A DNA stretch of 63,967 bases, filler included, from an uncultured bacterium (lineage in GTDB: Bacteria > Auribacterota > CAZIXI01): NCBI GenBank assembly GCA_964543115.1. It is 10 parts of 10 records of this genome, joined end to end, with 100 filler letters (N's around TTAATTAATTAA, not from the genome) between each part and the next. Parts side by side here need not be neighbours in the genome. Positions count along the whole stretch, not along the records: positions 46,895 to 53,338 come from CAZIXI010000196.1; positions 53,439 to 59,858 come from CAZIXI010000197.1; 8 more parts are not named here. One strand, given 5' to 3'. The translations under genes and the position numbers were made by a program. The notes beneath the pieces were generated by a model, which saw only the letters and a program-made list of their open reading frames with translations, did not search any database and was not told where the DNA came from. Positions within the stretch are counted from its first letter, which is position 1. Each line of letters starts with the position of its first letter. Below are positions 50,481 to 59,958 of this stretch, piece after piece.

Positions 50481-50623
50481 AATTTCAAAAGAAAATATAG
50501 CAGGTGTAAGGAGAATTGCCGTACAGGGAAAAGGTGCTACATTACGAGGAAAAAATAACAGAAGATTGCATACGGTTACGGTATACTATACGCTTGTTCT
50601 GAAAAATCGTAAATGAATACTTA

Positions 50624-51805
50624 TCATTTTCTAAAGGGATCATCGATGAGTTTTTTTACCTGGGCCATCGTTTCACAAAGAAGCCTCATTCCGTGTTCCG
50701 ATGCTATTTCTTCAATGGTCAGACGGGTCAATGTAAACAGTGCCAGGGCTTTCCCATCGGCGTTATAGAGCCGATGCCCATACCGTTCGTCAAACCGTTC
50801 CAGGTTTACCGACGCTCTTTGCGCGAGAATCTGCAGTATTCTGAAGGAGCCGTTCGAGAGCGGTGGATTGCCCCTATAATTTTCAAGCCTGCCCCCCTGC
50901 CGATAGTGAGGGGCATTTTCCAGTCCCATAAAGCGCAGAAACCAGTCCGACTTGAAGCATCCCGCAGCCGCGACAATTCCCATGTAATCGGCGATGAGTT
51001 CGTCCAGGAGCCGATTCTGCATGGAATGAAGAACATGCCGGGTCACGTAGTGGGTGCATTCGTGTTCCCGGCGTATGGCCAGCGACCCCACTTTCCATTC
51101 CGGTTCTGAAAGGCCCATTTCGTTGGCTGCCACCCCGCTGTAGGGCCCATCGCTGAGAATGATAAATTTGTCCTGATAGAGGGATTTTTGTGAAATGATG
51201 TCCTGGAATTTTGCAGCCCATCCGATGCCGCCGAAATCGTCCGGGTGATCGGCTTCCCAGATTTTTCTGAGTGTGCGGATGCGGTCCCAGTTGTTGTAGC
51301 CGCTGACGATCATGGCCCCCGTTGCCTCGGGAACGTCTTGGGGTTCGTTGCGCATGGTCAATGCACGTAATACCGCGACGAAATCGTCCCTGTGATCTGT
51401 GATCAAAATTGGAATTCGGCCGGCCGGGGTGACATGCATGTGGAAACGGAACCCATCGGGGCGCTTGAGGATGAGACCCGTGGCCTCCGGTATTTTTTCC
51501 GGCTCAACCCCCTTTCGCGTTGCAGAGCGGTAGGCGTCTGTTTGGCTGATGCCCTTTTCTATGGGGAATGACAGCTGCACCAGCCGACCTTTCAGGGTTT
51601 CAAAGGCGCTGCCCGTCTCAGATTCCTTTTTATAGGCTGCCCAGACGGATACGAAGGGCTCATCGGGCAGAGGAAGCACGGACGCCGCCTCCCCTAGGCT
51701 GGAATGATCGAACCGGTTTTCATTATATGCCAGCAGCGCTTCCTTTTCCGCTGCGGACGCCCCCAAAGCCTCAAGGACCTTTGTTCTAATTCTGTCCCGG
51801 TTCAT
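50624..51805 (-). CDS. HExxH-motif protein (DUF7005-like)
   Basis: AGRIPIL, RNEP..VP, GYNNWDRIR, YQDKFIILSDGPYS, IRREHECTHY, DELIADY. Confidence 0.7.
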   Translation of the reverse strand: MNRDRIRTKVLEALGASAAEKEALLAYNENRFDHSSLGEAASVLPLPDEPFVSVWAAYKKESETGSAFETLKGRLVQLSFPIEKGISQTDAYRSATRKGVEPEKIPEATGLILKRPDGFRFHMHVTPAGRIPILITDHRDDFVAVLRALTMRNEPQDVPEATGAMIVSGYNNWDRIRTLRKIWEADHPDDFGGIGWAAKFQDIISQKSLYQDKFIILSDGPYSGVAANEMGLSEPEWKVGSLAIRREHECTHYVTRHVLHSMQNRLLDELIADYMGIVAAAGCFKSDWFLRFMGLENAPHYRQGGRLENYRGNPPLSNGSFRILQILAQRASVNLERFDERYGHRLYNADGKALALFTLTRLTIEEIASEHGMRLLCETMAQVKKLIDDPFRK

Positions 51806-52029
51806 GCCTCGTCCCTCAGTTTTCCGGCTCCCCGTCCCTTGACCCCTGCTCTCCGCCCTCTGACTTCCGTCCTCCGCCTTCCAACGATATGATTATGTGT
51901 GTCCACATAAATCAATTCTCTTGATTCTATGGCATAGGGCATCATAGCGCTATTCTTCTTTCTTTTTAAATAGTTATGGAATATAATGGCGTATAAGTAG
52001 GAAGCTCGGGCTAGCCTGAGCTTTGCGGG

Positions 52030-53016
52030 TTATTTTTTTGTAACCCCAACCTGTTCAGCCGACCCGAAGGTCCTATCTTCCATTTGTGAGGATATCATTG
52101 AGTATTTTTTTAAAGCTTCAATGCAGAATGCCGTTGTCAACTCTTGCGAGCCGTAATATGCAGGTCCAAAATCTTGGAAAAATGCTCCGATCGGCCAACC
52201 CCCATTTTCCTGTTGTCTTCCTAGTATATTCCTGATCGCCCTTTGTAAATCCTTACTTCTGCAACCAGCATTTAGTAATGATATCGTCGCAAGAGCACTC
52301 TCAATCTCATTCCCCCAGCTTCCGTCCTTCTCTTGTCGTTCGATAAGATGTCTTATGATCCAATGCATTGAGGTCTTCAATCCTGTTACGTTCGCATCAC
52401 AATATGCTCTTGTAATAAGGTAGATAACAGGATAATCAGACATCGCATACATACTAAAGTCTTGATATTCTTCATTTAGAACCTTCTCGTTAAAATACAT
52501 GATTAAATCCTGTTGGGCATTTCCACATAGGCCGGAGTAAAATAGTATGTTTGCATTTACGGCACCATCTGTTTTGCGGCTCGCCATCCTATTCATTTTT
52601 TCATCGATCCACGTATGATATAACCCAGAGTGTGATTTGAAGCGGGAGAGCAAGTCAAATATGTTGTCCGAAATTGTCATTCCGTTGTCTTTTAGTGCCG
52701 CCAACACACAGCAAGTATCATCAAAATCTGGAGGGGGGTCTTTGATTGTCTTGCCATGAAATCTCCAAATGTTATCTTCTTCTCGTTGATCTAATAGAAA
52801 TGAAATGCCCTTTCGAATCATTTCATCCACGAAAGGTATTGTTTTAACGAACCCTAAAGAATGAATTACATATGTTGGTATGTAAACCGAAGGCACTACC
52901 CTAGGTTTATTCATTTGGATAGTTGGTGAGGCCAATGTAACAAACTCACCAGATTCTAACTGATTCCCTTTCATGAACGAGATCCCTTTTTCGATCGCGT
53001 TGTAACTTCTGATCAT
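52030..53016 (-). CDS. Class II terpene-cyclase-like protein (prenyltransferase/squalene-oxidase repeats)
   Basis: PPDFDDTCC (DxDD catalytic motif); QW-like repeats QEKDGSW and QQENGGW; GAGGGAGG RBS supports the start at 53016. Confidence 0.75.
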   Translation of the reverse strand: MIRSYNAIEKGISFMKGNQLESGEFVTLASPTIQMNKPRVVPSVYIPTYVIHSLGFVKTIPFVDEMIRKGISFLLDQREEDNIWRFHGKTIKDPPPDFDDTCCVLAALKDNGMTISDNIFDLLSRFKSHSGLYHTWIDEKMNRMASRKTDGAVNANILFYSGLCGNAQQDLIMYFNEKVLNEEYQDFSMYAMSDYPVIYLITRAYCDANVTGLKTSMHWIIRHLIERQEKDGSWGNEIESALATISLLNAGCRSKDLQRAIRNILGRQQENGGWPIGAFFQDFGPAYYGSQELTTAFCIEALKKYSMISSQMEDRTFGSAEQVGVTKK

Positions 53017-53168
53017 AAGAGGCCTCCCTCGCGTGAGTCTTTTTTTTACCACCAGCAAAGCGCGGTCATCCTTCACCGACCTGGATATTCTTCGTGAATG
53101 CCGGATAACATCAAGATCTGACACCATTCCCTCAGAAAGATGCATGTTTCCGGCAAAAGAGCATACTT

Positions 53169-53338
53169 TTATCCAAAATCAAGAGGACAGGGCTTGGGCG
53201 GTACAATATCCTCTTCCTGCAAAAAAGCCCGGTCAGCTTCATCCAGTCTAACGCTCAAGTAGGCGCTAAGCTCAAACTCCCGGTAATGCAAGCGGCACAT
53301 TTCCTCAGGGGGCTTAAATACAGAACCGGTGCTTGCTG
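53169..53338 (-). CDS. C-terminal fragment of an unidentified upstream gene
   Basis: Open from the contig edge: ASTGSVFKPPEEMCRLHYREFELSAYLSVRLDEADRAFLQEEDIVPPKPCPLDFG*. Confidence 0.4.
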
Positions 53339-53438
53339 NNNNNNNNNNNNNNNNNNNNNNNNNNNNNNNNNNNNNNNNNNNNTTAATTAATTAANNNNNN
53401 NNNNNNNNNNNNNNNNNNNNNNNNNNNNNNNNNNNNNN
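53339..53438. other. Artificial contig linker 8
   Basis: Same 100-nt linker. Confidence 0.99.
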
Positions 53439-54701
53439 GAATGTCGCTCCCAGGATACCGATGCCGCCCACAAGCCACATTCCCATGTTTCCTCCGGGGA
53501 CTTTGTACGCGCGTCCTATCTGTGGCTGAGAATAACGCAGCCGGATTGCTGCGGCGAATAACAAAACGTACATAATCAAATAAAGCAAGATACAGAGCGC
53601 GGAAAGGATCCAATAGGAACTGTTTACCGTGGGCATGAGTAAGAATATGAAAGAGATAAATGTTACAATGATTCCCTGAACGATCAGGATACGTGTTGGA
53701 ACACCGCGGTTATTCAGATGCGCCAGGAAGGGCGGCAGGTTGCCGTGTTGGGCTGTTGAGTACAATCCTTTACTCGGGCCGATTATCCAGGCGCATAATT
53801 CTCCCATTGAGCCGGCGGCGATTAATACGGCCATAAAAGGCAGTGCCCAGCTGATTTTAAAGGTTTTCAGTATATGTTCAAAGGCCTGCAGTACACCGGC
53901 AATAAGGCTGAGATTTTTTTGCGGAACCACGATGGCAATAGCCAGTGAACCCAGGATTAAAATAATGACTGTAATCAGTGCTGAAAGAAAGATGGCTCGG
54001 GGATAGGTATGTTTCGGGTCTTTGACGCTTTCCGAGTGTACCGCTGATATTTCCATCCCGGAAAAGATCAGAAAGGCCCCGGCCAGGAACACAATATTGT
54101 CTATATTCGTGAAATCCGGAATTAATGAATGTGCTGAAAAGGTTATTTGGCATACTCCTCCTGTAAGCAGCCATAGTATGCTCAGCAAAATGATTAACGC
54201 GCCCGGGAAAATAACGCCGGCCAGGACACAAACGGTGCTGAATCTGCCGGAGGTTTTCATTCCCCGGAGATTTATTACTGTTCCCCCCCAGTAGGCGAGA
54301 AGAATTATATGGATCAGATAGAGTTTATTTTCTGCCAGTGCGGGATTAATGATATAGGCCAGGGCACCGGCAATAAAGGAGAGCACCGTCGGAAACCAGA
54401 TTACATTCTGTATCCACTGCAGCCAGATAGCCAAAAATCCCCAACCGCTCCCAAACGCTTCATTAACCCAGATATATACTCCCCCGGGTCCGCGCGGCGG
54501 CCAGCCGGTGGCTAACTCTGCTGTGATGAGTGAAACAGGGATGAGGAATATAAGCGCGGCAACTAAATAGTAAAATACCAGTGAGAAACCTTCCTCGGCC
54601 ATCATCGGTAACCCGCGCAGGGTACAGATAACAGCCACGTTCAGCATGGCCAGGATAAATACGTTTATAGTTGGTTTTCGTTTAGTGGGATTCTTGTCCA
54701 T
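53439..54701 (-). CDS. APC-family amino acid permease (GadC-like antiporter), 3' truncated
   Basis: AELATGWP..GGVYIWV.EAFG..WGFLAIWLQW, FSGMEISAVH, YPRAIF. Confidence 0.88.
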
Positions 54702-54707
54702 ATTTTA

Positions 54708-54777
54708 CCCCAAGCTTCGCTTGGGACTGCCCCCGACGCGTCGGGGGCTACCATTATTGGAATGTATATAGACTGCC
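54708..54777 (+). repeat. Dispersed GACTGC mini-element, copy C, with an extra palindrome inserted
   Basis: CCCAAG-CTTCG-CTTGGG-ACTG-[CCCCCGACGCGTCGGGGG]-CTACCATTATTGGAATGTATATAGACTGCC. Confidence 0.8.
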
Positions 54778-54980
54778 AATGGTTATTCATTATATATTAT
54801 TTCCTCAGTATTTTATCTCAATTATAATTCGATTACAAGGAAAGAAACGATCTTTATCGCCGATAATGCCTTGTTTATTTAGTTCCGCCAGTGTATAATA
54901 TATTAGTTCTTAAGCCGTTTGTCTAGCTGCTGATTAAAGGTGGTAATTAATAACAGCTGGATTGTGGAAAGGTAGCCTTT

Positions 54981-56039
54981 ATGTCACCTGATCTGACGTT
55001 AATGGAGAAAGAGGCTAAAGAGTCTCCCCTTATTGTCGCAGAGCAAATCAAAAAAAACCGTGATGTTCTTAGGGCTCTGACTGACCGGATTAAAAAATCC
55101 CCGCCGCCGTTTGCCCTGACCATTGCCAGAGGCAGTTCCGATCATGCCTCGACATTCGCTAAGTATCTTCTGGAAACCAGGCTGGGACTGGTGACATCTT
55201 CTGCTGCGCCTTCCGTGCTGACTTTATATAAAGCAAACCTGCAGCTTAAAAACGCGCTGGCCATAGGAGTTTCCCAGTCAGGTGAAAGTCCGGATATCTG
55301 CAGTGTAATGGCAGCGGCAAGAAAAGCCGGCGCGGTTACTGTTTCGTTTGTTAATCATCCTGAATCACATCTGGCGAAGGAAAGCGAATATGTTGTGCCG
55401 TTATACGCGGGAGAAGAAAAGGCGGTTGCGGCAACTAAAAGCTATATCGCAACGCTTTCCGCGATGCTGCAGCTGGTGGGGATATATTCAAACGATAAAG
55501 ATTTAATTGATAAGCTTGAACATTTGCCCGGTTATCTGGAAAATGCTATTTCTATGGATTGGTCGGCGGCTATTGATATACTTAAAAATATACAGGATAC
55601 ATTGGTTATCGCCAGAGGATATTGTTATCCGATCGCGCAGGAAGCCGCCTTGAAATTCAAGGAGACATGTTCTATTCATGCCGAGGCGTTTAGCGGGGCG
55701 GAAGTGCTGCACGGGCCCTTTGCTTTGATCAGGAAAGATTATCCCGTGCTCCTCTTCGCGGAAGATGACAGTTCATTTAAGGGTATAATAAACCTTGCCC
55801 GAAAAATCAAGCAATTAGGCGCCCACATACTGCTGTCCTGTCCTAAAAATAAAATAGCGAAAGAGATGCTTGCCGAAATAGCGGATTTGACTTTGCCTTT
55901 GCCGGAGGGCGTTCATAAGCTTTGTGACCCGCTGATGATTATTCAGTCCTTTTATCTTATGATCGCGCGGCTTTCCGTAAAGCGGGGTTTTAACCCCGAT
56001 TCCCCCCAAAACCTAAAAAAAATAACGGAAACGTTTTAA
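54981..56039 (+). CDS. SIS-domain protein (GlmS C-terminal-like glucosamine-6-phosphate deaminase type)
   Basis: ARGSSDHA, VSQSGESPD, AGEEKAVAATKSY, EAALKFKET, AEVLHGP, LKKITET. Confidence 0.88.
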   Translation: MSPDLTLMEKEAKESPLIVAEQIKKNRDVLRALTDRIKKSPPPFALTIARGSSDHASTFAKYLLETRLGLVTSSAAPSVLTLYKANLQLKNALAIGVSQSGESPDICSVMAAARKAGAVTVSFVNHPESHLAKESEYVVPLYAGEEKAVAATKSYIATLSAMLQLVGIYSNDKDLIDKLEHLPGYLENAISMDWSAAIDILKNIQDTLVIARGYCYPIAQEAALKFKETCSIHAEAFSGAEVLHGPFALIRKDYPVLLFAEDDSSFKGIINLARKIKQLGAHILLSCPKNKIAKEMLAEIADLTLPLPEGVHKLCDPLMIIQSFYLMIARLSVKRGFNPDSPQNLKKITETF

Positions 56040-56135
56040 CTTCCTGTTTGGCCGTAAATTAAGCGGCAGAAGGGCCGGGCTCTCTTGCGGTGCACTTTTG
56101 TCTGAATCTTATGATTTTCTTAAAAGGAGGAGAAG

Positions 56136-56627
56136 ATGGGTAGAAGATTATTTGTTGTGTTTGTCATTTTTATAAGTGTGATGGCAATGTGGTTACAATT
56201 GGGTTTTGGGCAAAAAAATAATATTGTCAGTGCCAAAGGCAAACATGAGGATATGCTTAGTGCTAACTATGCCATTAATCTTATAATTGAAACGCCTAAA
56301 ATAAAGAAAAATATTTCGTTGGTTGTGGCCAGCAAAGATTTTGCTTTTGGGCAGTATTTTCTAAACGCGTTTATAGGTTTTGAGGGGAAGCTTGAAGTGG
56401 AGGGGGGCAATGTTTTATTGTTGGATTACCAATTAGGATTGAGGGAGAAAGCGGCCGGAGAAGATGCCTCAACAAAAACTAACGAAAACCAATGGGTGGA
56501 AAACGGCTGTCAGGGGAGTTTGATTGTTGAAGAGAATAAGGAAATAATATTTTTTCAAGCCGCTGACCGTTCATATGCGGTGAATATCAGCAGGTTTGCC
56601 GGTGAAAAAAGGGGAGGTGGCCAATGA
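56136..56627 (+). CDS. Hypothetical secreted protein
   Basis: AGGAGG RBS, signal peptide, overlaps the next gene (ATGA). Confidence 0.7.
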   Translation: MGRRLFVVFVIFISVMAMWLQLGFGQKNNIVSAKGKHEDMLSANYAINLIIETPKIKKNISLVVASKDFAFGQYFLNAFIGFEGKLEVEGGNVLLLDYQLGLREKAAGEDASTKTNENQWVENGCQGSLIVEENKEIIFFQAADRSYAVNISRFAGEKRGGGQ

Positions 56628-56866
56628 CAGTTGATATATTGCGCGGAATGCTGGGATGGTGCGCTGTAATTAATGTGGGGGTATTGCTGTTCTGGTTTTT
56701 AATCTTGGCGTTTGCCCATGATTTTGTTTATCGCGTGCATAGCAGGTGGTTTAAGATGCCGGTGGAAACGTTCAATGCCATTCATTACGCGGGCATAGCT
56801 TTTTTTAAAACAGCAATTTTCGTTTTTAATGTTATCCCGTATTTTGCGTTATGCATTGTAACGTAA
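56624..56866 (+). CDS. Small two-TM membrane protein (DUF6868-like)
   Basis: LGWCAVINVG.LLFWF...H.RWFK...ETFNAIHYAGIAFFK. Confidence 0.7.
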   Translation: MTVDILRGMLGWCAVINVGVLLFWFLILAFAHDFVYRVHSRWFKMPVETFNAIHYAGIAFFKTAIFVFNVIPYFALCIVT

Positions 56867-56971
56867 ACTGATAATCTAGAAATAGGGGGACAATGCCTAT
56901 TCCCCAGGGCAGGTTGACCTTAGAGGCGGAGGTGAAAAATGAATGATATGTGTAGCAAAGGAGGTCGGCAA

Positions 56972-58135
56972 ATGAAAAAGTTTCTCTACAAGGTTGGATT
57001 TAATTTCGTTTTGATAATCTTCGCAGGATTAATTCTCCCGTCAGCTGTAATTATGCCAGTATTAAATGGGCAGCTGGAAGCCGCAGGGGAAACGAATGTC
57101 AGCTATGAAAAAGTTGTGTCGAACCTAAAAGATTTAATCAGCAGCACCCCATTGTTAAAAGGGGATATCGATAAAGCCTTAAAAATTCAGAAAAAGGATT
57201 CACATTGGTATGGAAAAACTTCCGCTGATTTCGTAAAATTCTTCGAAGAATGGCTTGTTTATAATATTGGACCAAAAGCGCCGGGCAAATATATCATGTT
57301 ATTTGACGAGTTGGCGAATTCAGGTGCAGGAGAAATTCTTTTTAACAATAATGTTTTCAGTTCGTGGTTTATCGAGTTTCTTGATGCCAGAGGTCAATAT
57401 TTAGGCAGCAAAGATTCTACGGAGAATATTGCCAAGTTGATGGCTGATCCGGTAATAAAGATCAAGGATTATAATGTGCCGGAAGGCGGTTTTAAGAATT
57501 TTAATGAATTTTTCTTGCGAACCCTAAAGCCAGGAGCAAGGCCCTTGGCCGGCAAGGACGATCCAGCTGTTATTGTTTCTCCTGCCGACGGCACGATACA
57601 TCAAATTTACATCGAGGGTTTGGATACAAATTTTAAAGTCAAAAGAGACGTGATAAATATGCGCCAGGCTCTTAATGACAGTCCCTACGCAGAAAAATTC
57701 ATTGGCGGTGAAATGGTAGACGTTCTTCTATGGTTTACGGATTACCATCACTTTCACGCGCCTGTTTCCGGTGAAATAGTTGAAATGGATGAATATCCTG
57801 GTTCCTACAATTACAACTTCCCAAATCCGAACTGGTATAGAGAATTGGCAAAACATAAGCGTCTATGTTATATCATTCAATCTGAAAAATTCGGATTAGT
57901 CGCGATGATTCCAGTTGGCTTTTGGGGCGTTGGTTCAATAATAACAGAACGAAAAGAGGGTGATTATGTAAAGAAAGGTGACGAACTTGGATACTTTGCT
58001 TACGGCGGTTCCTCAATTTTGCTGATTTTTGAACCGCAGGCAATCAAGTTCACCATCCCGCTTGGGGAAAAACCTACTCCTGTGCGGGTTAGAGAAAAAA
58101 TCGGTGTGGCAAATAATCCGGTTTCAGAGAAATAA
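56972..58135 (+). CDS. Phosphatidylserine decarboxylase family (pyruvoyl) protein with an N-terminal signal/TM segment
   Basis: FNEFFLR.LKPGARP, SPADG, DYHHFHAPVSG, KGDELGYFAYGGSS (GS self-cleavage site); the RBS favours 56972. Confidence 0.85.
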   Translation: MKKFLYKVGFNFVLIIFAGLILPSAVIMPVLNGQLEAAGETNVSYEKVVSNLKDLISSTPLLKGDIDKALKIQKKDSHWYGKTSADFVKFFEEWLVYNIGPKAPGKYIMLFDELANSGAGEILFNNNVFSSWFIEFLDARGQYLGSKDSTENIAKLMADPVIKIKDYNVPEGGFKNFNEFFLRTLKPGARPLAGKDDPAVIVSPADGTIHQIYIEGLDTNFKVKRDVINMRQALNDSPYAEKFIGGEMVDVLLWFTDYHHFHAPVSGEIVEMDEYPGSYNYNFPNPNWYRELAKHKRLCYIIQSEKFGLVAMIPVGFWGVGSIITERKEGDYVKKGDELGYFAYGGSSILLIFEPQAIKFTIPLGEKPTPVRVREKIGVANNPVSEK

Positions 58136-58509
58136 AAGGTTTTTGCGTGAGCGCGGAGCGAGCTTGCTGATGCCGTTATCGGGAAATAGATATGAAGAGG
58201 AGGGACGGAGTTAGTTTAATCGTATACGTCCCCCTCTATAACTACCCTCTGTAATTTAGTGTATAAATAATTTATTGTTTTTCGCGCATATTTCATGCTG
58301 AAATATTAACAGCTAAAAGATGATTTTACTGTCAATGAAGACAAATTTAAAGAGCATTCGCTGGTATTGCAATGAATCAGATTTCTAGAACTTCTCAGTT
58401 ACTCTAAACAACAAACTATTTGACGCTGAACGTACACACTAAAATATCGAATTTCAATTGTTTATCTAAAACAATTAAAAAGAGGTATAAGTAATGTGGG
58501 GGTGACAAA

Positions 58510-58710
58510 ATGGGTGAAATATTTGAAATTAGAAAAAGGATCGAAGAGGAGATCACCAAGCAGAAACTTGACGAATTTTATACCAAAGGACAGATAAGCT
58601 TAAGCGCCGGGTTCCTAATAGGACTGATCAACGAGGATACACCAGATGATCCGAATGAAATAGAAATACTGAAAAATGCAACGCGCAAAGTACTTAACAT
58701 CGTAATATAA
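58510..58710 (+). CDS. Hypothetical 66-aa protein
   Basis: Co-oriented, 17 nt upstream of the Cache sensor gene; KGQISLSAGFLIGLINEDTPDDP. Confidence 0.65.
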   Translation: MGEIFEIRKRIEEEITKQKLDEFYTKGQISLSAGFLIGLINEDTPDDPNEIEILKNATRKVLNIVI

Positions 58711-58727
58711 AATTCAGGGGGTATTCT

Positions 58728-59858
58728 ATGAAGATAAAATTAAAAGTAATATTGGCCATCATAGCGTGCTTTACCATAATTATTGTTGGTATCCTGTACA
58801 TATCATTCCGTATGTATGAAAAGAATCTTGAACTTACTTGCAGGATAGAAATTCAAGAGTCAAAAAATACATTTAAAAGATTAAAGGAAAATGACATAAA
58901 AATGCTGTCAGCGACTTTGGACGCACTTCTTATACATGAACCGTTTGCCGTTGCATTCCAGGAGCAAAACCGCGACAAACTTTATGAGTTTGCAGGACCG
59001 TTATTTGACGAGCTCAAAATAAAATACGGGATTACTCACTTTTATTTTATTTATCCACCGCCAAGCAATAAATGTTTCCTGAGAGTTCATAAGCGGGATT
59101 TTTATAATGATGTGATAACAAGGATCACGTTTGCAAAATCGGTGAAATCCGCTAGCTTTGGCACAGGAATTGAACTTGGTAAAACGGCATTCGCATTGCG
59201 AGTGGTGCATCCTTTTTACTATAACAAACAGCTAATCGGGTATCTCGAACTTGGCCAGGAAATAGACTATTTCCTAGAAGCAATGAAGTCACAAAGTGGA
59301 AATGAGTATGGTCTCCTCGTTCTAAAAAATAAAATAGATGAAAACAAATGGGCAAGTGTAAGAGAAAAGAAAAACCTTCACAATAACTGGAATGACATGA
59401 AAACTTCGGTGCTCATCGCAGCAACTACAAAGAATGAATCCCTAATTGACTGTGACGGCGATATACTGAATGTTCCAGATAATGGACTTGTTCTACAAAC
59501 AATAAGAAAAGACGACAAAACCTTTGTAAGAGGGATTTTCCCTATATATGACGCTGGAAACAATAAAATAGGTGCAATTTTTGTTTTAAGAAATATAACC
59601 GAATTGTATAACATCATGCGCAATGCACAAATGAAAATCGGATTATTTGTAATAATATTTGCAATTTTAGTTGCAATTATCATGTTGGCACTCATGCACA
59701 AGTTTATATTTAAAAGACTAGAATCTATTACGATCAAAATAACAAAGCTCGTTGGAGGTGATTATACCACGCCGATAAACCAACAGATAAATGACGAAGT
59801 AGGAAGATTCGAATCTTTACTAGAACAATTTCGGCAGATATTCATTAATATGCTTGAT
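58728..59858 (+). CDS. Membrane sensor: Cache-type periplasmic domain plus HAMP, 3' truncated
   Basis: TM helix, HFYFI..FLRVH, GIELGKTAFALRVVHP, second TM helix, HAMP-like NDEVGRFESLLEQF. Confidence 0.8.
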
Positions 59859-59958
59859 NNNNNNNNNNNNNNNNNNNNNNNNNNNNNNNNNNNNNNNNNN
59901 NNTTAATTAATTAANNNNNNNNNNNNNNNNNNNNNNNNNNNNNNNNNNNNNNNNNNNN
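59859..59958. other. Artificial contig linker 9
   Basis: Same 100-nt linker. Confidence 0.99.

Noticed and set aside
51820..51885. Pyrimidine-rich CTCCG/CCCT micro-repeats upstream of the HExxH gene
   Set aside because: Only one degenerate arm is visible, with no inverted partner or cargo, so it is too weak to call a cassette.
6694..59958. TTAATTAATTAA motif repeated nine times at about 6.5-kb spacing, and ORFs ending in XXX...LIN
   Set aside because: These are artificial linkers with stops in all six frames. ORFs crossing them are truncated genes, and neighbours across them are not biologically adjacent.
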